In this document: positions 10,420 through 20,986 of the stretch, piece by piece | Layout: each line of letters opens with the position of its first letter | How positions within the stretch are numbered: position 1 is the first letter of the stretch | Source of the DNA: a virus | Taxonomy: Duplodnaviria; Caudoviricetes | DNA length: 64,000 nt | Direction: 5' to 3' (one strand) | Virus record (IMG/VR): IMGVR_UViG_3300014205_000174 | The notes under the pieces: generated by a model | What the model saw: only the letters and a program-made list of their open reading frames with translations | What the model was told of the DNA's origin: nothing | The model's database searches: none | Translations under genes and position numbers: made by a program

Positions 10420-11034
10420 TTATTTGCCTTGGTATTGAAATGAAAGTTTGTTGTAGTGATTTGCTTCGTATGCCCGCATGCCGTCATCATGGTAAAGAAC
10501 AAAGGATACGATACCTGCATCCAGGGCCATCTTGCTGCACATCGTACAGTATGGCTCGCCGCAGCTCACCGGCTTGTCGTTTTCGTCTATGCGCACAAAA
10601 TAAAGCCTACAGCCTACGGTATTGAACTTGCCGGCATTCATTATAGCGCGTTGCTCCGCATGTATGCAGCAGGTGCGGTCGCTCTTGAAATCTTTTGGTA
10701 TACTGTCCTTGAAACAGGCCTCATCAACACACAATGGCATTGAATTAAAACCTTGGCCAACTATTACCCCATTCGGACTTACAATAACAGAACCGCACCG
10801 GGAACGTCTACAGGTGGCCATCTTAGCAAGCTCTATGCACTCGTGTATATAACGCTGCACCGACTCCAGCGGAACTACCCTGTAGTCGGAACCAGATTTA
10901 TGATTACTCTTTGCAGGCCGGCGGCGCTTAATGTACCGGAACAAGTCCTCCCCAAATCGAACTACAAATGTCAATACAGCGACAAATACAAATATTATAT
11001 AAAGTCGGTTTTCGGAAGTTGTTATGCTCATCAT
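10420..11034 (-). CDS. dCMP/cytidine deaminase-family protein
   Basis: C.R..CGSVIV..GFN, HAEQRAI, PYCTMC zinc-binding motifs; true start probably downstream of the annotated one. Confidence 0.8.
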   Translation of the reverse strand: MMSITTSENRLYIIFVFVAVLTFVVRFGEDLFRYIKRRRPAKSNHKSGSDYRVVPLESVQRYIHECIELAKMATCRRSRCGSVIVSPNGVIVGQGFNSMPLCVDEACFKDSIPKDFKSDRTCCIHAEQRAIMNAGKFNTVGCRLYFVRIDENDKPVSCGEPYCTMCSKMALDAGIVSFVLYHDDGMRAYEANHYNKLSFQYQGK

Positions 11035-11246
11035 GCTACGTGCTTATATTGTTTACCGGTTAATTCCTTGTATTCATACTCCAGGTTAATGACCAACAGC
11101 GCATACTCCTTTACCAGATAATATTTCGCATATGCCCGCATATCCGGCGAGCTGTGATGCATGGAGCATATGATATATTTATCCAGCGCCTCATGCGCGT
11201 CGTATACTTCCTGCCGCAGCTTCTTCTGTTCTATTACTTTCATATT

Positions 11247-11543
11247 TTACGCGGCTATTGATAATGTCTCTTCAGGTAATAACTTCTGTAAATTATCCAA
11301 GTCCTTTTTATACGCCTCATCACAGCTCAGATATCCGGTCACAACATTCACGCCATGCTGTATGGTAGCCGTATCCATTTTAAAACGCTTGGCAATTACC
11401 GGGAAAGAATAATATTCTTCCTTGCAATGGCGCAGCAGATACCAGATAAACTGCCTGCACTTAATATATGGCGCGGCCCTGTTCCTCTGGAATGGATTTA
11501 CACCGAAGTAACCACTAACTGTCTGAATTATAACTGAAATCAT
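11247..11543 (-). CDS. DnaA C-terminal-like HTH protein
   Basis: RQFIWYLLR...SFPVIAKRFKMDTATIQHGV resembles DnaA domain IV. Confidence 0.7.
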   Translation of the reverse strand: MISVIIQTVSGYFGVNPFQRNRAAPYIKCRQFIWYLLRHCKEEYYSFPVIAKRFKMDTATIQHGVNVVTGYLSCDEAYKKDLDNLQKLLPEETLSIAA

Positions 11544-11558
11544 TGAAAAAATAAAGTC

Positions 11559-11573
11559 GCAACAATCGTGCCA
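11559..11573 (-). promoter_or_regulatory. sigma54-type promoter upstream of the DnaA-C-like gene
   Basis: TGGCACG-ATTG-TTGC. Confidence 0.8.
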
Positions 11574-11576
11574 GAT

Positions 11577-11837
11577 TTAACCACGCTCCAAACCTTCCGG
11601 CCAGTCCAGCAGGTCATCAGCCTTCACGCCAAGCACAAAAGCAAATATCATTAGTGTGTCTGTGGTCATGAAGCTCTTCTTACCGGTAACGTGCTGGCTT
11701 ATATTGCTCTTGTTCATTACACAGTCGGTTTTTTCTTTTATCCTCAATATAAATTCCGCCTGGGAAATGTTTTGTTGCTCAAGTATAATAGAAAGTCGTG
11801 TTCGTTTTTTATTTCCCGCTACCGTGCCATTAGACAT
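11577..11837 (-). CDS. XRE-family HTH regulator
   Basis: LSIILEQQNISQAEF...NKSNISQHVTGK...LGVKADDLL. Confidence 0.7.
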   Translation of the reverse strand: MSNGTVAGNKKRTRLSIILEQQNISQAEFILRIKEKTDCVMNKSNISQHVTGKKSFMTTDTLMIFAFVLGVKADDLLDWPEGLERG

Positions 11838-13977
11838 CCGATTAATATTTTTGTTTGCTTCAAAGATAACAATGTTTCGAATATTATATACTATGCGTCT
11901 TTTTTATTTGGTCAAAATAGTCCACTTCTTTTAACAATGATGCCGTATCCTGCCACCCATTCTTGGTTTTCTCGTAACCAACCCACGTATATTCGACGCC
12001 TTTCTCTGTTTTTGTGGTAACCCCTTCGACGGGGACAGTTACCGTTTCTCCAATAATAAAACTGGTGCTGTATTGCATGGGTAGCCTGTTCCAGACATCA
12101 TTCATAGCTTTTCGCGCAGCATCTAATGTCACCGCCTCAATGAGAATTGGGTCATTTATGCCAGAAAAGTAGAATTTATATATTTTAACCCCGTTGTAAT
12201 CTCTCATCACCATGTACCTTCCGGCCTGATTTTAAAATATACCGACCAATGCTCCTTTGGAAAACGCCCATGCCACATGCCCGTACCCGCACGGCTCCCG
12301 TCGCTATATTGGAGCGGCGTGCACTCGGAGCATAGTTGCTTGCCAATTAACTCGTCAGGCAGTGACCCTGGAGCAAAGGCAACCATACTTCGTCCCCAGT
12401 AATGACCGCAGGCCGTATTTTCAACACAATCGCATTTCGCACAAACAAATAGTGGCATTCTGTAAAGATATAATCCAATTCGTTAATAAACGTTCTGCGA
12501 CTTCCCATTATGTATTGTCGGCCTACTAAAAATTCGGTTTTTATTTTCTTTATCCCACTTAGCCTTCAATTCACAATGGTTTTTATACTCTTGCTTTTCA
12601 TACCTCAGTAAATACCCGTAGGTTCTAAACTGTTTCGCAAATGAAACCGCATCGGGAAAGCGCCTAAAGGATTTCACCTCATAATAAGAGGAATAGTATG
12701 GCGTGTTTTTATGGTCATAACCCACATAGGTTGCCTGATATTTTATAACGTCAGAATGCAACCAGTTATCATTAGTATAGAGTACTACATAATTATTAAC
12801 CCAAGCATCGCTTACCTGGTCTTTATGCACTGGATTTGGTATTACTTTCACATGATATTGAGCAGATGCTATCGCATGGTAAATCACAAAAATAAATGCA
12901 AGTGTTATTTTATTCATTGTTACTTAGTTTTTATTGTTCCTCAATAGCTATTCCTTCGTCAATCAAACTCCGGACAGGCCCCCAGCCGCAGTCGTAGTAT
13001 TCTCCGCGCAGAAAATCAAATATTGGTAGTGAGTATTCTATGATTTCAAAACTCTCCTCGTGAATGCGGATATTGCTCGGGGTAAAGTATATTTTAATGC
13101 TGCGTTTTTTATTTGATTTACCTATAGCTCCGTTGTCGCCATCAATATTAAGGCATTGCTCTGTACGTGTGATAACGGGATTGTGTATACCGGCCAATCT
13201 GGCTATTTCCAGTCCGTGCTCGTCCGTTATCGTATATAGGCGCTTGAGGATGAGCTTGTGTGGGCAATGACCAATGCTATATGCGTGCAATGAGCACCAT
13301 TGTCCTGTTTCTTTTACCTGGAAAGCAGAGCTATTTACGCTATACAAAGTAAGAATATGGTCGACATCTATTAAGGTAAAGGCGTCGTCGGAACCATCAT
13401 CTTTTGATGGCAATTCACCCATTTGTATGCGAGCCCCAATATAGGATGCAAAAATTCTATGCAATACGCCGTCTATCATGGTTTTTTAAAATAATTTCAG
13501 TAAAACAATAGCGTAATAATAAGGATTCACACCCACACTACGCGCCCTCGCGCATAGCGATTCATATGGATTTGCAAACCCTGCGTTATTTTCACCGTAA
13601 GACTGGTACAATTCATATGGAATATCCGAAATGCGCTCAGCTATACTTTGACAATATTCATGATTATCCCTAATTTTAGACAAGGAGCCAAGCAACCTCC
13701 ACCTGCCGGTCGGCAATAATATCACTTCCGATTCATTTGGGCCTTCGCAAAACGGGCCTAGCGGATATACTATATCTAACTTATTGTCATGCAAGTGCAC
13801 TGTAAGCGTAAATTGATTTAAACCCACAAACAACAAATTTCCTGCTTCTCTTAAACGATTATCCATTTTTTCATATTAAATATCAATAATACTCCCTACC
13901 TTTATGCTGCTTTTGTTTCCATTACCAAGGTAATTCTTTGTTGGATTTGTTCCCATAAAGGTATTTTAAGGTGTTTA

Positions 13978-14012
13978 CAAACAGGTCGCGCTTTGTAGTG
14001 CGGCCTGTTTTG
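13978..14012. terminator. Intrinsic terminator-like hairpin (possibly bidirectional)
   Basis: aaacaggtcgcgct-ttgt-agtgcggcctgtttt. Confidence 0.6.
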
Positions 14013-14122
14013 TTTTGCCTATTACCAGCATCTACCGCAAATATCCTGCCAAATTACATTCCGGTAGTGCCTCAGTTTGAATGTTAATGTTTTTTAACAA
14101 ATAGGAGTAGTAACTTTGTTGC

Positions 14123-14257
14123 ATGGCAAAGAAAGCACGTCCAGCACGTCCTAAAGATACAAATCAACTGGCAAAACGCATAGCTGATATAGCTACTGGC
14201 GAAATTACCGAACAAAAGATTCCAGCCCCAAAGCCAGCAAAGAAAAAGGCAAGCTGA
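14123..14257 (+). CDS. Small basic protein often seen with IS1-like elements (44 aa, not in ORF track)
   Basis: MAKKARPARPKDTNQLAKRIADIATGE..., preceded by a TAACTTTG promoter-like motif. Confidence 0.65.
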   Translation: MAKKARPARPKDTNQLAKRIADIATGEITEQKIPAPKPAKKKAS

Positions 14258-14271
14258 TTTAATCCAGTTGA

Positions 14272-14574
14272 TTACTTAATGCGCCTACCCTGTTCGTCAT
14301 ATACTATTACAGGGGCAGAAATCTTTTCTCCTTTCACATTAAAAATGTATAGAGAGGCTGGTTGCGCGCCAATCATATAAACAGGAACCATGCCTTTATG
14401 CGTAAAATATTCGTAAGCACTTAGGATTTCCTCTTTGCTATAGTTACAATACGCTGTAAATATAAACCCTTCGCTATTATGCCTGCCAGTCTCAGTAAGC
14501 CCAATGCGCCAGTCGCTATATGGCTCCGTAGCCTTTTCGAGAATTCTATCTATCAATAGATTTTCATGTTTCAT
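14272..14574 (-). CDS. Hypothetical cargo protein
   Basis: ORF; likely start ATG at 14574 (MKHENLL) just after the structured leader. Confidence 0.55.
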   Translation of the reverse strand: MKHENLLIDRILEKATEPYSDWRIGLTETGRHNSEGFIFTAYCNYSKEEILSAYEYFTHKGMVPVYMIGAQPASLYIFNVKGEKISAPVIVYDEQGRRIK

Positions 14575-14590
14575 TTGTTTGTGTTTATGA

Positions 14591-14750
14591 TGAGCAAAAA
14601 AATAGCGTAACCGAAATTCAGTTGCTCGTTCAAGGCTTACCACAGCCCGCTCAATACAACGAATACAGTTACGCCATTTTAGGGCGCATCATATCCATAG
14701 ATTGTATTGAGCTTGCCGATTTAAACTGTGGTAATTCTGAACGGGCAACT
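14591..14750 (-). ncRNA. Long-hairpin structured leader RNA (copy 1)
   Basis: Nested stems agttgctcgttca/tgaacgggcaact, ttaccacag/ctgtggtaa, gctcaatacaa/ttgtattgagc, then ATTTCGGTTACGCTATTTTTTTGCTCA; same architecture at 60151-60295. Confidence 0.7.
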
Positions 14751-14899
14751 ACTTCTATAATACTGAAAATCTTCCTTTTTATCTATCCATGCAGTTAGTT
14801 TTGGTAAATGATTTTGTTAGCTTTGAAGCAAACAACTTATTACAAATGTAATTACTTTCATTATAAATAGTCCATTGGTGCGAAAAAAATAAAGCCTGC

Positions 14900-15616
14900 A
14901 TGAATAACAAAGAACGAATACTAAATGACTACGAAATACTGGGGGTATTCTATGTTAAAAAGGAGTTGTATAGAGCATACGTGAAGTATTACAATGAAAT
15001 TGATGCCCTGCTGCTTTATGATAAGCCTATACCAGCCGCATTACTCAAACGCTTCATCGCATTAATCCATAAAGAGAACTGGATACAGTCTAAGCATATT
15101 CAAAAGCTACTGAAAGGTAAAAGCGTATATACCAAGAAAGTAATAGACTACTTTTCAAAGCCTGAAAATGAAGAGTATTTATTTGAGGGCGAATCAACAG
15201 AAAAAGTCATGCTGTTTGATATACTTTCCGAAACCACTACCGAGCAAATACAACACGTGCCGTATTCATTTAAGGCAATGATTGATACCTGCATCCATGC
15301 TTACTTCACAATTGGGCAGGTGATACAAATGGATAAAAATGATATTGTAGTGTTTTTCTTTAACGACATTCAGGAATATACGCAACGACACTTTACCGAA
15401 GAGCAGCTACGTCAATACAAGCCATTCAGAATGAAAGTAATTGCAGCGTATCTCACTATGAGTATTGGGATGAAATTATGGGAGCCTGGTACTGTTATTC
15501 CAATAATGAATAAAAAAGGCAAGTACGAAAACAAGAGCATTCATACCCACTTCCGGAACAAAGATTTGGAGAATGTCACAAAAAATGCGCTGAGAGCTAA
15601 AAAGAGAAAAGCCTGA
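14900..15616 (+). CDS. Hypothetical cargo protein
   Basis: 238-aa ORF inside the transposon. Confidence 0.6.
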   Translation: MNNKERILNDYEILGVFYVKKELYRAYVKYYNEIDALLLYDKPIPAALLKRFIALIHKENWIQSKHIQKLLKGKSVYTKKVIDYFSKPENEEYLFEGESTEKVMLFDILSETTTEQIQHVPYSFKAMIDTCIHAYFTIGQVIQMDKNDIVVFFFNDIQEYTQRHFTEEQLRQYKPFRMKVIAAYLTMSIGMKLWEPGTVIPIMNKKGKYENKSIHTHFRNKDLENVTKNALRAKKRKA

Positions 15617-15704
15617 GTTTTCTCCCAGACTTTTCTCTTATACTGTGGCTTGACCCCAGTTCAAAATTATAAAATCCGACCCTAAAGTCAAAATACTATT
15701 TTTC

Positions 15705-15743
15705 GACCTTAGGTTCACTTTTTCAAAAAGTGAACCTAAGGTC
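15705..15743. repeat. Perfect 39-bp palindrome with related flanking half-sites
   Basis: GACCTTAGGTTCACTTTTT-C-AAAAAGTGAACCTAAGGTC; related motifs near 15651, 15678 and 15761. Confidence 0.85.
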
Positions 15744-15969
15744 AGTTTTTGTATTTCCCATCCTAAGGTCAAACCCATAAAAACCGATTTCTTTTTAATG
15801 ATTATTTGTGAATAGCCGGGCTATACTTTTGCTGCATGGCTGATTGGAGATAGTGGCAACATACTTTACTTGACCCTCAAAAAAAAACATTAAAAAATGA
15901 AAATAGATACCTCATAGCCCGAAAACAAAAAACCACCTGCTGTAACAAGTGGTTTTCCCGATTTCTTAT

Positions 15970-16041
15970 GCGCACGTAGTTTAATGGATAGAACTCGGGC
16001 TTCGGAGGCCGGCAGTTTGGGTTCGATTCCCAACGGGCGTA
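15970..16041 (+). tRNA. tRNA-Arg(TCG)-like gene, possibly degenerate
   Basis: GCGCACG-TA-GTTT-AATGGATA-GAAC...CTTCGGA...TTGGG-TTCGATT-CCCAA-CGGGCGT-A; perfect T-arm, one acceptor mismatch, imperfect anticodon stem, no encoded CCA. Confidence 0.6.
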
Positions 16042-16152
16042 CTATGTCACAAATGTAGGAAGTTGTATTTATGTGACCAAATAAAAATCATTGTTCATAA
16101 TTTCCAAAATAACTGGAAATATTTTTACTATTTCCAATAAAATGCACAAATC

Positions 16153-16167
16153 TGGCACGCAATTTGA
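16153..16167 (+). promoter_or_regulatory. sigma54-type promoter upstream of the transposase
   Basis: TGGCACG-CAAT-TTGA. Confidence 0.65.
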
Positions 16168-16197
16168 AATATATTGTTCACATACACGCACTAAGAA

Positions 16198-17082
16198 ATG
16201 AACAGGTTAAGCATTGCAGACAGGACTAAGATAGTTAGATTGTTGGTTGAGGGTAATTCTCTCCGTTCCTGCTCCCGGATAATGGACGTATCCATAAACA
16301 CAGTAACCAAGTTACTGGAAAAGGTAGGTGCCGCCTGCCTGAAGTTCCACCACGAGACCGTTATAAACGTGCCTGCAAAGCGGGTTGAATGTGATGAGAT
16401 TTGGTCGTTTGTCTACGCCAAAGAGAAAAACGTACCGTATTGCACTAAGCACGATGACACCAAAGTTGGCGATGCATGGACATTCGTAGGAATGGACGCT
16501 GATACCAAACTGGTTGTTTCCTGGCTTGTAGGTTGCAGGGATGCTATATCCGCAAATGATTTTATGCTGGAAGTATCAGCGAGGCTGCGCAACAGGGTGC
16601 AGCTTACTACCGATGGCTTTAAGCCTTACCTGAGAGCAGTAGAAACTGCATTTGATGATGAAATAGACTTTGCCCAGCTAATCAAGATTTACGGAGCCCC
16701 GGAAGGTAATGGTACGGAGAAAAGGTATAGTCCGGCAAAGTGTACAGGAATCGAAACTAAGCGGGTGTCTGGCGACCCAGACCCAGCATTCATATCTACC
16801 AGCTACATAGAGCGTCAAAACCTCACTATGCGTATGCAAATGCGTCGCTTTACGCGTTTGACCAATGGCTTCTCAAAGAAGATGGAAAACCATTGCCACG
16901 CTATAGCGCTGCACTTTGTTTACTGCAACTTTGTAAGAAGGCATACAACCCTGCGCGTAACACCAGCTATGGCAGCAGGATTAACAGACCGCTTTATGAA
17001 GCTTGAGGATATTGTATGCATGGCTTATGCTGATGAAATAGCACAGGAAGAAAAAATCAGAGCCAGATATAGGAGGGCGTAA
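16198..17082 (+). CDS. IS1-family DDE transposase
   Basis: N-terminal HTH (EGNSLRSCSRIMDVSINTV), VECDEIWSFV, LTTDG, TSYIERQNLTMR...RFTRLTNGFSKK, TPAMAAG. Confidence 0.9.
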   Translation: MNRLSIADRTKIVRLLVEGNSLRSCSRIMDVSINTVTKLLEKVGAACLKFHHETVINVPAKRVECDEIWSFVYAKEKNVPYCTKHDDTKVGDAWTFVGMDADTKLVVSWLVGCRDAISANDFMLEVSARLRNRVQLTTDGFKPYLRAVETAFDDEIDFAQLIKIYGAPEGNGTEKRYSPAKCTGIETKRVSGDPDPAFISTSYIERQNLTMRMQMRRFTRLTNGFSKKMENHCHAIALHFVYCNFVRRHTTLRVTPAMAAGLTDRFMKLEDIVCMAYADEIAQEEKIRARYRRA

Positions 17083-17114
17083 CGAAAGTATAAAATCCTA
17101 TTGTAGGACTACAT

Positions 17115-17639
17115 TCATTTTATGGATTCTAAGTAAGTTGCTGATACTGCTAATTGCGTAGCAAAATCAATATTTCTGTCGCCATGCTGATACATGTGCT
17201 TTAGCATTTCCATCTCAGTAACTCCTACTTTACTACGATGTTTCATTGCAATTAAGACATCTGAGCAAATTAATGTATTCTTATTGTTTATAACAATCTT
17301 GTACTGGTTCATCACTTCGACAAGTAATGGCTTTACCACTTCAATATCCGGCATCCCTTCAAAAGCATAGTGAATTGCTTCGTATGCTTCATCAGTATTA
17401 CCAGTCAGGCTATGGTGCAACTGAAAATCTTGCATTTCTTCATCTGTTGGCATTACGTAGTGTGTAGTATCTACATTCCTTTTCTCAACGATTACGCTAT
17501 CGTCATGCTCCAGACCCTCGCTATTTATCCATCGGTCTATATTCCTGTTAACTAGCATCCCTAATGCAATCCCGATTAAAACCGCTGAAAGAAGAGAAAT
17601 TTTTTTATGCCGAATAATCCACGTGTTTATTTTGTTCAT
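17115..17639 (-). CDS. Hypothetical membrane-anchored cargo protein
   Basis: N-terminal hydrophobic helix ISLLSAVLIGIALGMLV. Confidence 0.55.
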   Translation of the reverse strand: MNKINTWIIRHKKISLLSAVLIGIALGMLVNRNIDRWINSEGLEHDDSVIVEKRNVDTTHYVMPTDEEMQDFQLHHSLTGNTDEAYEAIHYAFEGMPDIEVVKPLLVEVMNQYKIVINNKNTLICSDVLIAMKHRSKVGVTEMEMLKHMYQHGDRNIDFATQLAVSATYLESIK

Positions 17640-18015
17640 TATGTAAAAGTATTATACCTTTCGGTAAAATTGTCAAAACAGAAAAATATGGAAGTTCTTT
17701 TACAGCAGTATCCGTACCCATCTAATAATTCCGACCAAACGTACTATGACTTTATAGGCAGAATAATAGAAATCAATTCAGAATCAATTCAGAAGTCGGA
17801 CGTAAAACTTTTACCTAAATTAGATATATATAAACTAGAGGTCAAGCTCTATTTAATTGGAGACAACATCACAGAAGAAATAAAAGAGGCTTACTTCAAT
17901 AAAATCAAAGATTGGGTTTTGTGAGTACCGCTCTGCATAATTGCAATATGCACTTTGTTAAAAAACATTAACATTCAAACTGAGACACTACCTACATTCC
18001 TGTTTATTTTATTTT

Positions 18016-18030
18016 TGGCACGGGGTTTGA
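18016..18030 (+). promoter_or_regulatory. sigma54-type promoter
   Basis: TGGCACG-GGGT-TTGA. Confidence 0.7.
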
Positions 18031-18483
18031 TGTATGTGTACTATGGAAGCGCACAAACTGATATTTATTGAAGCAAACAAGGTTGTAACTATAGAAGATG
18101 CTAATACCCCGTATGCATTTATTTATTTAAGAATCAGTAAAGTAATGGTTCCTTTGGGTGATAACCATATCGGCAGAGAGCACACCATCGCCTACCCGGT
18201 ACTTATATCAGAAAACGGCAAAATAAATAACGGAGACCGGTTTATCACCTGTTACGGCGCTATAGATATAGCAGATGAGAGCACAGACTGGGATACCATT
18301 ATCAATGACTGCCCGTACAAAGTAATCATGGCCCCTCACGAAATAAGAAAAAGGGATATCCAAAAGATACAAGACGAGGAGTATAAATACGGCGACAAAT
18401 TCTTTGTCAAGGATGATGGCTGTTTGATTTTACAAACCGACCTGGTTAATTACATGGAGGGGTTGAAAGCACAGTAAAATATT

Positions 18484-18498
18484 TGGCACGGGAATTGC
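18484..18498 (+). promoter_or_regulatory. sigma54-type promoter
   Basis: TGGCACG-GGAA-TTGC. Confidence 0.85.
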
Positions 18499-18761
18499 TT
18501 TTATAACATTAATAAAACAGATACAATGTATATACCACCAGACTACTGCACTATTTGCGAAAATTACATCAAAGGAGATTCCGACCTTTTTATAAAAGGG
18601 GTTAAGCTCCTAACACCGCTTCAATTATTGGAATGCATGGATACCCTTACAAAGTATGATACCGTTGATGACATGAATACAAAGTATTCCCTCTTCGATG
18701 CTTTTGATATTTTCAGAACCGCTCTTCGGCCAAATAAATGGCCCTTCAATAAAAACAACTA

Positions 18762-19214
18762 ATGGCCTCAGACTTCAGAGAACGTACCGATTGCCCACTG
18801 GGATTACGCAATAATAACCCAGGCTTCCTTGTAACAAATAGTGAGGCGCTTAGATTTCCCGGATACCGTGACGGCAACCATGGATTTTGCATATTCGAAG
18901 ACGTGTCATGGGGTATCTGCGCCTTTTTGTGGTATTACTACAGGCACGTGCAACGCAATCCTGGCGCTACCATTGGCAGCTACCTTAAAATGTACACTGC
19001 CGATACCAGAAAATATATCGCTACTGTAGTTGCCAGCTCAGGGCTTTCCGCTGATGACCTATTACCTATAGACCCCGATACGATAATAAAAGTCATGCGG
19101 GGCCAGTTCGAGGCGGAATTAGGAGGCAAGGAATATGCAGACCTGATTAGTGATGCGGATATCCTTGATGGCTTCGCGCTGCTGCTATTATTACCGGAGG
19201 ATGTGGTTTCATAA
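18762..19214 (+). CDS. NNPGN-motif lysozyme-like/virion protein, divergent paralog of 28751-29329
   Basis: MASDFR...GLRNNNPGFL...KVMRGQFEAELG aligns with the 28751 gene. Confidence 0.6.
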   Translation: MASDFRERTDCPLGLRNNNPGFLVTNSEALRFPGYRDGNHGFCIFEDVSWGICAFLWYYYRHVQRNPGATIGSYLKMYTADTRKYIATVVASSGLSADDLLPIDPDTIIKVMRGQFEAELGGKEYADLISDADILDGFALLLLLPEDVVS

Positions 19215-20963
19215 CGATAATAATTCACTTATGAATAACTCAACAACAGCCACTCAGAAGTTCGCAACCAATACGCTGGTTACGCATAATAAAAAAACCA
19301 AGCTTGGTATTGGATGCATCGTGAAGGTGCTTGCTAAAAACGTCAAGGTTATTTTTGGTGACCGGTATATAATAACCTGCACGTCCCGTCAATTAACTGA
19401 AGTAGACACATCGAAATGCAGCACCATGACCTTTAATGCATTTCAAAACAGGAATATCGGAAATACATGGGAGGGCAGCAATAACATTGTCATTATAGGT
19501 AATGAGGTTAGACAATATGTAGGAATTGGCTGGGTTACTCTGCGTGTAGTGACAGGAAATGACTTATTAAAATACCCGAGAATAATTCATTAAATACAAA
19601 CAAAAACATGAGCGCAAAAATATTAAAGCCTTCACACCTTAACGGTATTTTCCCATTAGATTCCGTAATGCAATGCGGCCAAGACGAGAACAATATGCAG
19701 TGGTTAGTAATGCAGCTCCACAAGAGCGGAGACGTCTTCCGGCGCATAGCATACGACGAATATGTATCCTGGGGTGGCCGCCGTAACGAATCGCGCTTTA
19801 GCGAACTGGCTAAATACTGTGAATCGGAAGAAGCGATTATCTTGTTCTCCCCGGCATACAAGTCGGTACATAATAAACTGCAATTGATTTAATTATGGAG
19901 CCATTTACTTTCATAGATAAAAGTGAGATAGATGAGCGTGCCGCTTTTGCTAATGCGGTCTGTCAATTACTGTATGATAAGCACTATGGCAACCTGGACG
20001 TCTTGGCTACTGTTGTAGAACCGATTTACAATAATTTTCAAGGGTGCGTAAGAAATATTTACGAATTAATAGGTAGCCAAATCCCGCTATTTGCGCTGTA
20101 CGAATTAAAAACATACGGGGCGAAAAATTGGGATTTTACGAAAAAGGAATATGCTGACGCGCTTTCCAGGGCCGAAAAGGCGTGTCGTGATTATTATGAA
20201 AATTAAATACACTACTATGAATGAAGAGCAAATAATAGACGGGGACAATTTGATAGCTGGCTTTATGGAGCTTACTTACGGGAAAATATGGCACCCAAAA
20301 GACAGTCCCGAAATAGGCTACGAATGGACATGCGGGGACAATTTGGACAGTGCCGCTATGCACCCTTTATATAGGTTTGCACATTGCTCTAAATATCTCT
20401 ATTTCAATACATCTTTTGACTGGCTTATGCCCGTAGTTGAAAAAATAGAATCCCTCAACGACGACATAGTTAACAAAGTCTATGTAAACATAAGCGAACG
20501 GAAGTGCGCAATGTGGACATACTTTGACGTAACGGAGGTACTAAGAGAAGATGTCGGCGATGGAGGCATGAGCGATATGCTAAAAAATGAGGTAGGCGGC
20601 AAGTTCAAGGTGCGAATATCATCCAAGGTCTCTAAAATAGATGCCGTATACCGGGCCGTGGTGCAATTCATCACATGGTATAATAACCAAAAAAAATACG
20701 CGACCCATGAAACCGAAGCAAAAGGCAAAAGAGCTAGTTGAGAAGTTCCTGACCATCACCTCGCCTCAGTACCGGCTCACAATGCAGATTTCCATAAACG
20801 AGCAGCTAACTACTGCCAAAAAATGCGCTGAATACGCATGTCTGGAGATACTTAATGCCAACCCGCACAGCAACGTACTGAACGCTACCCAGCCGGCATT
20901 CAACACTACCGCATACTGGCGTGAAGTAAAAAAAGAAGTGGCCAATATAACCATTAAGAACTT

Positions 20964-20978
20964 TGGCACGTAAATTGC
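20964..20978 (+). promoter_or_regulatory. sigma54-type promoter
   Basis: TGGCACG-TAAA-TTGC. Confidence 0.85.
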
Positions 20979-20986
20979 TTTACACA

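Larger units (their letters stand above)
14063..17992 (+). mobile_element. IS1-family-like cargo transposon (3930 bp)
   Basis: 39-bp TIRs at 14063-14101 and 17954-17992 (GGTAGTG(C/T)CTCAGTTTGAATGTTAATGTTTTTTAACAAA, 1 mismatch); 8-bp TSD TACATTCC at 14055-14062 and 17993-18000; internal DDE transposase. Confidence 0.93.

Noticed and set aside
14575-14643. Annotated 5' extension of ORF 14272-14643
   Set aside because: It falls within the structured leader; ATG 14574 matches the spacing seen at the second leader copy.
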